Assembly (NCBI GenBank): GCA_002104945.1
Contig: MCFH01000047.1
Coordinates: 1-64,000 of the forward strand
DNA from: Piromyces finnis finn
Lineage: Eukaryota > Fungi > Neocallimastigomycota
Direction of reading: 5' to 3'
Length of the DNA: 64,000 bases
The position numbers and the translations under genes are program-made. A model generated the notes under the pieces. The model was not told the origin of the DNA. It worked only from the letters and a program-made list of their open reading frames with translations, and did not search any database. Position 1 is the first letter of the stretch. Each line of letters starts with the position of its first letter. Below, one piece after another: positions 41,271 through 56,671 of the stretch.

Positions 41271-42391
41271 TTTATAAATTTCTTAAAATTATTAAATTAT
41301 GCTTTTAAAAATTGAATAAAACTTTACTATTTGGATAGTTAATTAAATTGAATTAATAATAACCCTATAAGTAATATATTTAGATTAATTATAATATGAT
41401 AAAAATAATAAAATATATTAGAATATTAGAACTTATTAATTTTAAATTTGGCATAAACTCAAATTATAAAAAGGGATATATTCTATAATATCCAAATATA
41501 TAATAATATAATTGAATAAAACATAAATGTTTATAATTTATATTGTAAATAAATAATGTTGATATTGCTAGAATATTATTTCATATAAATATTTTTTATT
41601 TAAATATGCTTTATGGAATACAAATTTTAATTTTTTCACTATTTCGTTCTTTCATTTCTATTAAAGAATAATATCTATATTTATTATATTTTACATTTAA
41701 TTTTTATTTTACACTTTATATATTTTTATTTTATACAATACTAAAGTATAAATATTTGTTAAAATACATATTTATTTTAATATTTTCATTTTATTATAGA
41801 TTAATTAAACTATTAATAAAAAATCTTTAATAAAGTATATAATTTTATTAAATTTATTTTATAATGTTTTGAAAATAAAATATTTGAACTATTTTGTAAA
41901 GTATTGGTGACGTCTTTGAATATTTTATGTACTGATTAACGAGGATATATATTACAATTATTAATATTAGGTGTTATTAGATAGTACAGTTATAAATAAA
42001 AATACTCTACAATAAAATAATTAATAGTTATGAATTTGATTTAGTATAACACTAATCAAATTGAAATCTTTATATTATTTATTTAATTTTTTATAACAAT
42101 TAAAAATTTATAATTTTGTAAAATTTTAAATCATTAATTATTTTATTAATAATTAAAACAGTAGTTATAATATATATTTATTAAAATATTATAATATAAT
42201 TATATTATTATATATAAAACTATTATATAAAAATATTTAACTAATAAAATAATATACTACTCAAATTCCAAAAATGTTAAGATTAAATTAAAAAATATAT
42301 TATAAATTTAATTATAATATAAAATGAATTGCATGATTATTTAACAGCCTCAACTGAATTTTTAAATAATAAAATAATAGGATATTCTACA

Positions 42392-42544
<153 letters not shown>

Positions 42545-42548
42545 TATT

Positions 42549-42586
<38 letters not shown>

Positions 42587-45111
42587 TTATTAATTTTTAT
42601 TAGTGTTATAGTATTGGTAGTTCTTATTTTCTTTAACATTTTATATTTTTAAACTATATTTTAGTCAAGGTATATAAATATTAGGAAGTTGATCTTTTTG
42701 AAAGTATAAATAATAGAATATAATAAAAAATAAATTTCTATATGAAATATTCATATATTATATATTATAATTACTTTTTGATGATAATTATGTATTATAT
42801 TTACTAATATTTTATAGTATATATATTTTTTTAATTAATATAGAAAATATCTTTTTATTTTTAAAATTTGTATTTACTCCATAGTATACAAGAGTTATTT
42901 TCAATTGTATATTTTATGATTAGATTTTTCGACAAGTAAGAGTTGATCGTCTGATAATTTACCTCAATTAGATTATTTAATTCAACTTCAGAATTATATA
43001 GAGTATCTTAAGATAGAACAACTCTACAAATACTATATTTGAATTCATATTCTTCCAAATACTAAATTTTCGAAATATAATTTAATCTATAAATTACATT
43101 TTGAGCATTTATTTTAACAAAGTAAGAATAAATTATTTGGAGAGAAAATATCAAATTATTAAATATTTATCATAATGGGAATTACTATTAATATATTCGC
43201 TTATTATAATCATTCTTTTGCAAATATTAATAATATTTATTAAATTAAGTAATTAAAGAAAATGTATAATAATAATATTTATTTTATAATATATTTTTTT
43301 TTTTAAAAAAAAAAGGGAAAAACCATATTTTGATATTATTTATTTATTTCATTCGTTTAGTAAATTATATATAAAGAAATTAATGAAGAATAAATTTTTT
43401 AGTATAAAAGCCATATTAAATATTCAAATTTATTTAATTTTTCGATAGTAATTTAATCTAAAATACAACTTTTTTAAATTTGAGATAATAATTATTATTC
43501 ATATGGTTTCTTTTGTTTTTAGAAATATAAATATGTTTTAATTCACTATATTAGTTTCTATTCATATAGCTGCTTATTTAATTTTTTATTACTTTAATAT
43601 AGATTAAGATTTTCATATAATTTATAATTCTTTTTACTTTTAATAATTATATATATGGATATAACATTATATTGATTAATTTATATATATATATGAATGG
43701 GAATGGAATATAATATTAAAGTCAGTAAAGTTTCTTGTTTAAATAATACTACTCCTCATATCTTTTTCATACTATAATATTAAAAAAAAGAGTAAATTGA
43801 TTATTATTAAATAATCTTCATATTGAACATTCAAATATTTAATTAATTTTTAAAAATGCATTAAAATATTATTTTTTTACAATTATTTCTTTTTTATACA
43901 AAAATATCTGTTAGAATACATTATAATACATTATATCTTTTTTATATTTTTATATTAATTAATTTTTATACATTTTTAAAATTATAATAATTTTAAACTA
44001 TTTAGATAAAAAATAATACTTTATTTAATAATAATAATTTATATTTAATATTCAAACTAAAGAAATAGTACATTATTGAGAAAAAATAAAAAATTAAATA
44101 ACTATTTTATAGAAAATTCTTAAGATATGATAGAAGTTTAAATAAAAAACTGAAAAAAAAGAAAGGACGAAAAAAATAAAAAGTATTAGTATTTTTTATT
44201 CAAAAAGAGAAAAATAGAATACCAATCATGTTAAGACTTGATATGAATAGGCCAACATACAAGAATAACCAGAAGATTTTATTAAATAATGATATATACA
44301 TATATATATATATTTGTTTAAGTTAATTTTTTCTTTTAGACCTTTTATTACTTTTATGTAACATTATACAACTTTTATGTTCTTTTAGTATATCTTTTTC
44401 AGTAGAACATTGCTCTAAAATAAAATAATATTGAAGAAATGATATTCTTAATAATTTCTCTTTTAGAGTTAAGACAGCAACGTTCTATTGATATTTTAAT
44501 CATTCTACAGATATTGGAAATAATAGAGTACTTAAATACCCTTTTGGTTTATGATATTTAGTTGTAAGCTATAATATATAATCCATAGTTCAAAACTAAA
44601 ACTGAGAAAATTTTAGAATATAAATGTCAAATAGTGTTAATGTTAAAAATATATATAAATTTATTTTTACATAATATTATTAAAAATTTGTAATAATGTA
44701 AAAATTATTTTATTATTTATTTAAATACATTTAAACTTTTAATATAAAATTGTATATTTAGATTTTAATATAAATAAATTCTCCATATTAATTTGTAGTT
44801 AATTTATACGGAAAATAAAAACAAACTTAATAATATAAATAACTTTTCTGAATAATTATACCACCAATAAAATTAATATATACAAATAGATAATTTATTA
44901 TTATTTAATTTATTTTAGAATTTAAAATTTATATTAAAAATAATTTAATTTAAAATTAAAGAAAAAAAAAAAAAACTAATAATGGAAAGTTTTATTTTAG
45001 TTTTATTTAATTAGTTTTAAAAATATATACTAAATGAAAAAAATTCTAATAATCTATTTAATTAATAACATTTTAATAATCAAAATTTATAATATATTAA
45101 AAAATATAGTT

Positions 45112-46658
45112 TTATTCTTTTTCCATAAAATCAGATTCTTTTTCAATATATGCGGCTTTAAATTCAGAATGCTATATATTATTATTTAATATTATATTAT
45201 TTGAATTAATCAACAATTATCTAAATTTTGATTAATTTAAATTTTTTTTTTTTTTTACATACTTTTGTTCCAAAGGAGAATCTTGGTGATGAATTCTTTA
45301 TAGATGTTAGATTTATATCATAAGCACCAGGACCAGGAACAACAAATTTGGACCTTGGTTTCTTTCCCGATGCCACAACATTTCCATTTTCTAAAAATGG
45401 GTATAAATATTTTAATTAAATATTTATAAATATTGATAAATTATATATTTTTTTCATACTTAATTTTCCATTTGGAAGTGTGAAGTTATCATCTGATGCT
45501 AAACGTAAATGTAATGAGTATGCTGGTGATGATTTTTTAACCAAATTATAATTAACGGGATCATATTCAGCTGGACCAGGAGAAGTCTGAATTTCTATTT
45601 AATTTATTTAGTATATTTAATTTAACTATTTAATTTATTTAATAATACTTCAGTAATATTATGACATTACGTTTTTTAGGCAATGATGGTCTCATTGTCC
45701 AAGCAGGAGTGTCTGAACCAACTTTTTTATCTGTAGAATATGCTGCTGGACTTGGTGTAATACTAACTAATGTTATCGAATTTAATGAATAATTATTATT
45801 TATATATTAAGTTATATTTAATTTATATTTATAATTAATTACGTTTTGCTGAATTATGTCTTCCTAAAAGGGAATATGCAGGAGAAGATTTACATTTACT
45901 TTGATAATAGTTTGAGTATGAGTCTATGATATAATATAATAATATAATGATCAATATATTTAATTTTATTTTCATTTCAGTAAATTGTAATAACTGAATT
46001 ACATGAAGCAGGCCCTGGACTTTCAGTTGCTTTATTATAAATTGAATAGGTGATAAGTAATTAATAAAAATATATATTAATAATATAATTAACAAAAAAA
46101 TTTTATAATACCTATTTTATTTGGAAAGAAATTTCTTCCAGTCATGGAGTAAGCCGGAGAACTTGTCACCCCATTTCTTAAAGCTTTTGGTGTAAATTCA
46201 TTTGGACCAGGTGTAACTATAAATTATTTTAATTAATCAATTATTATATTCTTTCTTTTCTTGCTCTTTAAGATTAATATTATTAATATATTTAGTTATT
46301 TACCTAATTCTATTTAGTAATTAAAATAATTATAATGATAAAAAAATTAGTATTGAGGGAAAAAAGAAATATAAAATTAATATAGTATTTTTACTTTTTT
46401 GTGGCTTTAATTTCATTCCGAAAGAATATGAAGGTGCTGTTTTTCCATTATAAGTATTATTTCCAATTGTAGTTTTCAATGTATATGCAGCTGGTCCTGG
46501 ACCTATTTTTGTTACATAAATATAAATTTTTATATTTTATATTTTATAATTAAAATTTCTTCTGAACGTATTATAATTTAATAATTCATACCTTTAAATC
46601 TAGCAATAATAGGAATTTCTGGCTTCTCAGCTTGATCTATTTTAGGTAGTTTACTCAT
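45112..46658 (-). CDS. ODF3/SHIPPO-repeat (sperm-tail PG-rich repeat) axonemal protein, multi-exon
   Basis: Exons give repeated GPGPAAY, TPGPNEF, SPAYSM, TPSPAAY, TSPGPAEY and VPGPGAY...PRFSFGTK|HSEF motifs. Start MSKLPKID at 46658. Confidence 0.8.
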
Positions 46659-47543
46659 TTTTTTTAATTCTTATATATTACATGTATTTTATATGAATAT
46701 TTTTATATTATTTGTTATAAGAAATAAAAAAATATGATATATATTTTAAATTAATAAGAATATTATCTTTAAATTTTTGATTGAAAAAAAAGGAAACATA
46801 AAATTCTTATAGTTACATTTTTAGCTATATTAAATTACCAAAACTATTTAAATTACTAATAGTACTAAAAGTAGGATTCTTTATTAAAAAATAAAATATT
46901 ATATATAAAAAAAATTTATAAAAAAAAAAAAGAAAAAGAAAATATAACATTTTTATACTAATTAATAAATTCCGTAATTCTTAGTATTATATTGATTTCT
47001 CCATTTTATATTTGCTATAAATGAATCAAGATAATGATGTTTTAGATAGGATAGTTTCGCAATAATATATAATATGACAATTAAATGTTTAATTAATCAA
47101 TTAGTTATAATAAATTTTCCATAATTAAGTTAATTAAATAATATAAACATCCATTTAATTTAAATTATAAGAAAAACTAAGTTCAATACAATTTAATTTT
47201 TAATTAAATTAAACTTTAATTATTATTATTTATTTTGAATATATTTAACTACTGATTAGGTAATAATCTCCCTAATTAATGTAAAATGTGAAATATTTGA
47301 TGTTACATATGACAATTTTATTTTTTAATTTATATAAAAGTGAAAAGAATGATGAAAAAAGTTATTACTAAATTCCTATATAATATAACATATATTTTGT
47401 AATATAAAAATAAAGTTGTTAAAAGTAAAAGTAAAGGTTTAAGGAATTTAAATTTAATGGATGATGGAATAAAAATATTTATTGGATAATTGCTATTATT
47501 ATCTTAAAAATATTTATAGAAATAGCAATGTTAAATTGATATC

Positions 47544-47589
<46 letters not shown>

Positions 47590-47883
47590 TATATATATAT
47601 ATAAACTTGATTATTATTATTATTATTATAAAATATTCATTTTTTTTATTATAGTCAATTTTATAATTTATTATTATATCATTATTAAAAAATTTTTTTT
47701 TCTTCTATGTGTTTATACAATTTATTAGTTATAAAAATCAACAATGATAATTTAATATTAATATAAAATATGAAATATTAATGTCAATAAATATTTTTAA
47801 CTAGGTTATTCATTTTTCTTTTTAATTATTAAATATTATTTTGAATCCCCCATAAAATTTCTTTCTGTATTGTTTAACTCTTA

Positions 47884-48794
47884 TTATGAATAATAATTAT
47901 TCATATTTTTATTAAATTCTCTTAATCCTTCATGGAGTACTTTAATAGACATACCATCGTCTACGAATATTGATGTGACGCCAATTGATTTAAGATCACG
48001 TATGTTTCTTGTTTCGTCATCGAAAAATAAAATTTCGTTTAAATTTATATTCAAACGTTTAGCTATTTGTTTTATATGTCTTATTTTTGATGTTGGATAT
48101 ATCTCTACAACATCTACAATATCCTTAAGAGTTTTTGAGTATATTTCTGATTTTGGTACTTCGTCTTCTTGAATAAGTGGTAAAGGAATTAATTGAATAA
48201 TTTGTTCAGCCCTTATTATATTCAAAAAATTAATTTTAATTTATTTTTGATTTGCATATGTTTTTTATTTCAAATACAATATAATAATTAAAAATCTTTT
48301 ATACCAGGATATTGCACCAGTTCTTGATGCTATTCCGACTTTTATGCCATTACGCTTTAATGAATGAATAATTAATGGAACATCTTTATAAAACTTTACA
48401 CGATCTCCAGAACTATTTTCATAGCATATAAAAAAAAATACACATATATATTTTTTTAGTATACGAAAAAAAAATGTATATTATTAATGGGAATAGTTTA
48501 TACATTTTTAATATGATTTAATTAAAACTATATTTATTTAATAATGAAAATTTATACCGGTCAGTAACAACATGATTGACAAGACGGAAGGGTGGTCCAC
48601 TTAAACAATCTAAATTAAAATAATGATTATGAAAAATCAATATATTTATATATTTATATATAAAAAAAGAAATAAATAATTCAATCACAAATATATTACA
48701 CATACTAACCAACATATAAAGGCCATAAAGTATAATCTAAATCAAATACAACAACTTTTGGTAAATATTTAAATCCTTCAAATTCTAAAGCCAT
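47884..48794 (-). CDS. MDP1: Magnesium-dependent phosphatase 1 (HAD superfamily), multi-exon
   Basis: LPKVVVFDLDYTLWP (HAD motif I), GPPF, GIKVGIASRT, EIYPTSKIRH and FFDDETRNI. Confidence 0.9.
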
Positions 48795-49360
48795 ACTATA
48801 ATTAATTAATTAATCAATTATTATATTTCTTACTAATTATTATAATATTTTCTTATCAGTATAAAAAATTAACATTATATTAATATTATTTTAACTAAAA
48901 TTAAAAAATTGTTTTAATTAATTCATATAAATAATATTTCTTTTCATTTTATTATTTAGGTGTATTATAAATAGTTTATTAATTATAAGAAAGAAAATAT
49001 ATAATTTAATTTTATTTGAATTACAAACTAAAATTGAATATTTTCAAATGTACTTTTAATAATTAAAACATAAATTATATTAAACATAACAAAAAACAAT
49101 TATATTACTGTTGAGAATTAGAGCGTTATTTATTATTTATTTCTTATTATGAATAATTTTATAATTTAAGGTACAATATACAAGTTTAAAAGAAAAATAT
49201 ATTTATAAATTTTAATTATTAATAAATCAATAATCGTATACAAATTAATAATGTATTATGATAAATAGGGAAAAATATGATTTAATTTTTTATTATTAGT
49301 TTTAATTTTTTTTTTTAAACAAAAACTTTTATTTATTAAAAAATTATATAGAAAAAAAAA

Positions 49361-50156
49361 ATGATAAGTCAAGATAATGATTATGTTCAAACTTTTATAT
49401 ATGGGTTAATTTGGGCATCTATATGCTTCTTATTATATAAAGGGGCAAAAGAAAATAATGAAAATGGAGTTAATAAAGAAAATAAAAAAAATAATGAAAA
49501 CATAAAAACTAATAAGTAAATATATATTTAACATTTTTATTATATTTTTATATATTTTGAAAAAAAAAAAAAAAAAAGGAAATTTATAAATTTTTTAATA
49601 AATATTAATTTCTCATATATTTTATATTACTTTTAAAAGATTAATAATACCAGAAAAATATCAAATTATTGGATATCCATTACTTTCATTTCTCTTTTCA
49701 GCAAGTGTTTTTTTAACTCTTAAATTAATAAGTCAAGAAACAGGATATAATTATCAAAAATTAATTCCTTCAATTTCATTAATCTTATTACTTCAATGTA
49801 TAAGTTTAGTATTTTTCTGGATAACAATTTTTAATAAGAAAAACCAAATTTCATATTTAGTATCTTTCATTTTATTTATTACAGCTTTATTTTTATATTT
49901 TGCTGTAATTAATCTAAATGAAAATAATATTGAAGATGAAAATATAAAATTCAAAAAACTTAGTAAAAAACCAACCATTTCATCAGGACTATCTGTAATT
50001 TTAAGTTTCTATTTTTGTTGTATTAGTATGATTAATACTATATCAGAAAACAAGAAAGGATTCTTAAGCTACTTCGGAGAAGCATTATTAAAAGCTTTAA
50101 ATGTTAAAAACCCAAATATAGAATGTCAAACCAAGGAAGTCAAAAAGAAAAACTAA
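49361..50156 (+). CDS. Small multi-pass membrane protein (about 5 TM), 2 exons, C-terminal KKKN*; not in the ORF track
   Basis: ATG at 49361; phase-2 GT-AG intron (about 49516-49639); exon 2 is open to TAA at 50154-50156 with alternating hydrophobic segments. Confidence 0.6.
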
Positions 50157-51262
50157 AACAATATTATAATATTATTAGTTATATAACAATAAATCCAATA
50201 ATCTAATGGATAATTTAATAAATATTGTTAAGTAATTAAAATATTAGTAATAAACAATATATTAAAAATAATGAAATTAAAAAAAAAAAAAAAAGGAAAA
50301 ATAAAATAAATAAATAAAATAAAAATGTTTCTATTGAAAAGAAAAAATAATAATAATAATAAAAAAAATTATTAAAATAAAATAAATGAAGCCAAATATT
50401 TTAACCAGTGTTTATATTTATTTTTTTTTCATGCTCTCTTTTTTTATTTTATTTTATTTTTTTTTATTGTGAAAATTTAATTATAAATTTCAATTTTTTT
50501 AATGTTTAATGAAAAATTTAATTCATAAGCCAATCAAAAAAATAAAAATCCTAATTATATTATAAATTAATTATGTGCTTTTTTATTTTGTCTTTAAATT
50601 ATAATTTAAAAAGTTTTATTGAAAAATAAAAAGTAGTTGTAATTAAATTTTAAGAAGTAAATAATTTAATAAGTTAATGCTATAATAAAAAGATATTCAT
50701 ATTTAAACATTATACTTTATAATAAATACATATATTAATAATATGAAACGTTATTATTAACTTTCAATTAAATAAAAAAATAATTTTTATACTAAACAAA
50801 TGAAGAATAAAATTTTTGCAATTTTGTTAATAATTTGAATTTTAATAAATATATTATAATAATTATTAACAATAATAAATAATTTCTATTTCATAACAAA
50901 CAGTATATATTATTTTTAAATGTAAAATAAAATCATATATTTCTATTTTTAAAATAGTTCTATCATTTCAATTTTTATCTATATATAGACTATTTATTAT
51001 TTATTATATATATATAAATATCAAAACTTTTTTTTTTTTTTTTCCAGGAAAAATAAAAAATAATATTAACAGAAAAACTTATCTATTCCTAGATTTGTAA
51101 TTTAGTGCATTCTTTATATTTTATTTCAATATTGTTTTTATTTTTTTTTTTATTGTCATTATAATTGGTATTTTCAATTATTATCAAATAAATTATAATT
51201 TAGTTAATAATAACAGTATTATATTTTTTTATATATTTCGTTAAAAGTGTATATTGAGAACA

Positions 51263-54200
51263 ATGGATAAAAAACAAAATCAGAATCAAAATGACATTTT
51301 AAATCTTTTAAAAGGCAAAATTGATATAAGTAAATTGGCACAAACAGATACAATTTTTCAGCAAATAAACCAAAAGAAAAATGAAAATAATAAGATAAAT
51401 GTTAATCAAGCATTAAATAATGGGAATCTTTTAGGTGTAACATCACCATTATTAACTAATTTAAATACTAACAATAATTTTATGAATTTAATTAACAATG
51501 ATGCAATTAATTTATTAAATCAAAATCAATTAAATGACTTTTCTTCATATTTATCAACAAATAATATTTTAAATTCATCTATTAATACAAGTTCTCCATT
51601 ATTTTTAAATAACAATTTATTAACTAGTAATTTACTATCAAATAATATTGATGCTACAAATGTATTAACAAGCATAACAAATTCAGCAGCAAGGAATAAA
51701 ATAAATAATTCAATATTACTTAATAAAATCAATCAAAATATAAAAGTTGATTCACCAGTATTAGATAATTCAAGTATATTAGGAAGTTCTTCTCTCCCTT
51801 CAAGTAATATTTTTACATACTCTCCTTATCCATTATACTCTAATAATGAAATTCAATCATTTTCTCCTTCAATTATTTCACCACCAATAATATCAAATAT
51901 AAACAAAGATACAAAGTTAACTTCACCCTCTTCTATAGCTTCAACACCCACTTCTTCATTACCTCCAACCCCAATTACAAAAGCACTCAGACCTTCAACT
52001 TCAACTACTACAAATTCAAAACCTACATATTCATATAAAAATTTAAATTCTAAATCATTGAATAAAAAGTCACTTCTTGAAAGTACATTTACTCCAGCAA
52101 TTTCTAAAAATAAAAAACGAAGCTATTCTGATGAAAAACTAAATACACATACTTCTAATTTTCACAAAACTGGAAAATATAGTAGGTGTTTTTGTACATT
52201 TATATATTATCATAATATAAAATAAAAAAAAAATTGCAACTAAAATGTATTTAATATATTAAAATAAATATTAAACCATTAGATAAAAAAGAAAAATCCG
52301 CCCAAAAACTTCGTAATGATAAAATTTTAGAATTACTTAAGAAGCAATCACCTGAATCACTTAGTTATGATTCAAATGAAAAGTTGATTAATGCAATAAA
52401 AAATAATACTTTCAAATTCCCAATAGTAGTATCCGATAAGAGTAAAAGTGAATTAGGAAAAACAAATTCTGGTAATAATGATAATGAATCAAAAACTTAT
52501 ACAATAGAAATAAATAAAGATAAAAGCAATGATAATTTAAAGAGTGAAAAAATAAAAGTCATTACGCCATCATTAAATAATGAAAAGTCTAATAAACTTT
52601 CAACAGCAAGAAATAATATAACATCTTTACAAAGTCCAAGTTTAAAAAATAATTATATGAAAATTCCTGTGACTTTAAGTACTGATAAAAATATATATTC
52701 AAATCAAAAATTAAATAATGTAAAAGATGCAGCATCCTATATTTATTTAAAACAACAGCAAATTCAAAAACAAAATAAACAAAAGGATTATTTAAATGTC
52801 AATTCCAATAAAAATGATAATAATAACCAAAATTTATTAAATAAACTAAATTATTCTTTAAATGGAACACTTTCAAATAATAATAAATTACAAACATCAG
52901 CATCAAATGCATCATCATTAGCATCTTCATTAACAGATAATAAAGTTTTTAACGATACAGGCATTAATGAATCTCTTTTATTGAATAATACAAGTTTACC
53001 TGAAGTAAACTTAGATTCAGTATTTAAAGATAATCTATTGAATAATATAGAAACAAATAGTTTATCATTAAACAATTCAATAAAAAGTAGTACCAATATA
53101 TTAAATAATAGCTTAATAAATACTGATTTGGATATTTCAAAAGATTTATTAAATAATATAAAATTGTTATCACAATCCTCTAAAAACAATATATTATTAA
53201 ATGATGAATTAAAGAATTCAAATTCATTACTTTTTAATCCAAATCTTAACTTATTTAATGCCAAAAATGAATTATTAATTTCAAATAATAATATTTCTTC
53301 AAATACAATGAAAAAAGCATCTTCACCATTAAAAAAAGATTTAACAAAACAGCAAAATGATATAGAAAAAAAACTAAACTCTTTTAACTTATTAAATAAT
53401 AAAGCACAGGAAGTTAATAATTTTAATAAAATAAATGGTAGAACAATTAATAAACCCCCAATTACTTCTTTTGGTACAGGGATAAATAGTATAAATATCG
53501 GTATAAATGATAATGTGTTAAATAATACTACTATCTTAAGTAATAATACTAGTAATAATAGTAATATATTAAGTAGTGGAAGTAAAAGTAGTAATGTTGT
53601 TAATTCCTCATCATCAAAACCAGACTTGGATAATAACTCAACATTATTGAATGAAAATATTAATAAGCTAAGTAATTCACTAAATAAATTAAATAATTCA
53701 AGATTAAACTCAAATTTAAGTAAATTTGATGTTAGTAATGCAAATAGTATAATAATGAATCCAGTAATGAATCCAAATAATATATTAACCAATCCAGTAA
53801 GTAGTATAAATGTATCAAATAATAATAGTATTATTGGAAATCCCTTGAATTCATTTAATATAGGTGATATAAGTAATCTTTTGACCAATCCAATAAATTC
53901 TATTAACGTAAGCTCAGCTAGTAGTATCCTTTCAAATCCTTTAAACACAATAAATGTTAGTTCCGCAAACCCACTTCTAACAAATTCTATAATTAATGTT
54001 TCAAATCCTTCTTCTTTATTAACAAGTTCAATAAATAATATTACAATTCCAAGTAGTGTATCTCTTATTAATAATACTATCAATAGTTTGAATATTAATA
54101 CTAGTTCAATTTTAAATAACTCAATAAATAGCCTTGAATTACAAAATAAAAATAATATTTTAAAAAATAATGTAAATAATTTAAATATTTCTCCAAATAC

Positions 54201-56604
54201 AAATATTCTAAATGCTGTAAATAAAATAAACGACAATGATAATACAATAAAAAAATTAGGAATAACTAATAGTAGCTCAGAAAAAATTTTAAAAGAGATG
54301 AATAAACTAAAGTCAACAAAATATAACAGTAACAGTAATAATTCTTGTCCAAACAATACAAATAATAATTTATTAAATAATTCAATTATATCGGCAAAGG
54401 CAACAACAGATAGTAATGTAGCATCACTTTTAAGTACCAATATAGGAAAAACAATAGATAATAATGTTGCTATAATAAATTCTATAAATAATGCCTATAC
54501 AAGAAGTAAGAATGATAACATAGCTCTTATTAGTACAATACCAGAAATTAATACAAATGATAAAATTAATTTGTATTTAAATAATACTAATCATATAAAT
54601 AATGCATTAACCAAAGCTAATAATGAGATGAATAATACTTCAGCTTTAATTAATAATGCTATTGCCAAAAATATAGGAGTAGATAATTCTACTACATCTT
54701 TATTAAATAATTTTAAAAATACTTCAACATTAAGCAGTACTAACGAATTATTAAAAAATTCTATAAGCAATATAAATATTAATAAATCAACAAATTTAGA
54801 TAAAACACAAGTGAATAATGAAACTTTATTAAAAAATACAATAAAAAAACCAATTACTGTAAATAATTCAAATGCAATTTTAAATGATACTGAAAATTCT
54901 GTAAATATATTAAATAATGTGCTATATAATGCTAATATTAAAAAAGAAGATATTATAAATAATAATAATAATAATAAAGTAACAAATTCCAATGATAATT
55001 TAAAAAACAATGATACAGTTCTTTTAAAGAATGAACTAAATAAAATAGCAAGTTCAAATTCATTAAACATATTAAGAAATGATTCATCAAAATCTACTAT
55101 AAATAAAAATATTGCATTATTAAATAAAGTAATGAATAATTCAATAAAAAAGACAGCTTCAAATACTTCAACAATTAATAATAGCGTTGCCCTTTTAAAT
55201 AGCCTTCTGAGTGAGGCGAATCCAACAAATGCTGCGATTTTGAGTAAAGTTATTGGAAAAACAAGTATTAAGCCTAATGTTAATAATAATAAAATAAAAA
55301 ATTCAAACTTATTTAATAATAATTTAAATGAGACAAAAGTTTCAAATTCAGAGATAAAGCCAAATTTAGCTGTTTATAATAAACACACCATTAAACCCCA
55401 GACTGAAAAGACTACTGAAATTACTAACAATAAATTAATTGATATAAAAAATATGAATATATCTCAAACTTCTTCGATGGACAAAATAGAGTATAATAAA
55501 AATTTCATAAATTCTACACTAAAAAAAATTAATCTTCCAAATAACAGTAATATAATAAATAAAAGTATTGAAGCATTTAATAATCTTATTAGTGGAAGTA
55601 ATCAATTAAATAATAAAAACAGTAATAATAAAATAATGATAGAGAATAAAAATAAATTTATTAATTCAAAAAATGCATCAAATAATGTAGTTACTACCAA
55701 CAGTCTATTATCTAAAACTAAAGCTTCAATTGATAACTCTAAAACTATAAAATCGCATATTCCTTCAGATTTATCAGCAAAGATAAATAGTCTTGTCTCA
55801 TTAGAAATAAAAGATAATAAGAATTTTGTAAATAATACAAATATGAAGAATGCTCAAAATGCACAAATTCTAAAATATATTTCACAAAATAATTCAAAGA
55901 TATCAAATATAAATTCCAATATAGAAAATAATATCGCAATAAATAAATCTAGTGAAGCGATTAATAAAGCAATATCGAATTCTTCTAGTGAACCTAAACA
56001 AATAAAGTCTGAACCCTCTACAATTAAAGATTCTTCTAATACAATAAAAAATAATATGATTAAAGTTTCAACAACTTCGAATACATTATTAACATCTAAT
56101 AAATTACTATCTCAATTACCAACAACAATGCCATCATCCACTATTGTTGTCACTACTATTCCTAGCGTATCGTCAGTAGCCAATACATCAGTAAATTTAA
56201 AGAATTCAACGAGTAATCTAATTTCTACAACGCAAAATCCAAAATCTTTCAAAAATATATTACCATCTTCAAATAATAAAATTAGTAAAAATTCAATTTT
56301 CGAAAAACCTGACGTCAATGTTATTAATTCTATCATTAATAAAAGTAATACTACACCTATAACATTAAACCCAGAAATAAATATTAAAAAAATACCAGAA
56401 TTTAATAAGCAGAATGTAGTTTTTGAAAAATTAAAAGAATTACAATCAATAGCTATAAATGAAAAAGAGGAAACATTTACAGAAAAAGAAATGGAAAGTA
56501 AGATTTTCAAAAATAACAAAAGATTATTGGAAGAAATACCTTATAAAGATCAAGTAAAAAAAAGGTAAGAAATTGAATATAGTAAAAAGATAAATAAATA
56601 ATAA

Positions 56605-56671
<67 letters not shown>

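Noticed and set aside
52851-56519. Long antisense ORFs (529, 159 and 135 aa) rich in Leu/Phe/Ile
   Set aside because: Shadow frames of the Asn/Ser-rich sense ORF; no motifs or independent splice logic.
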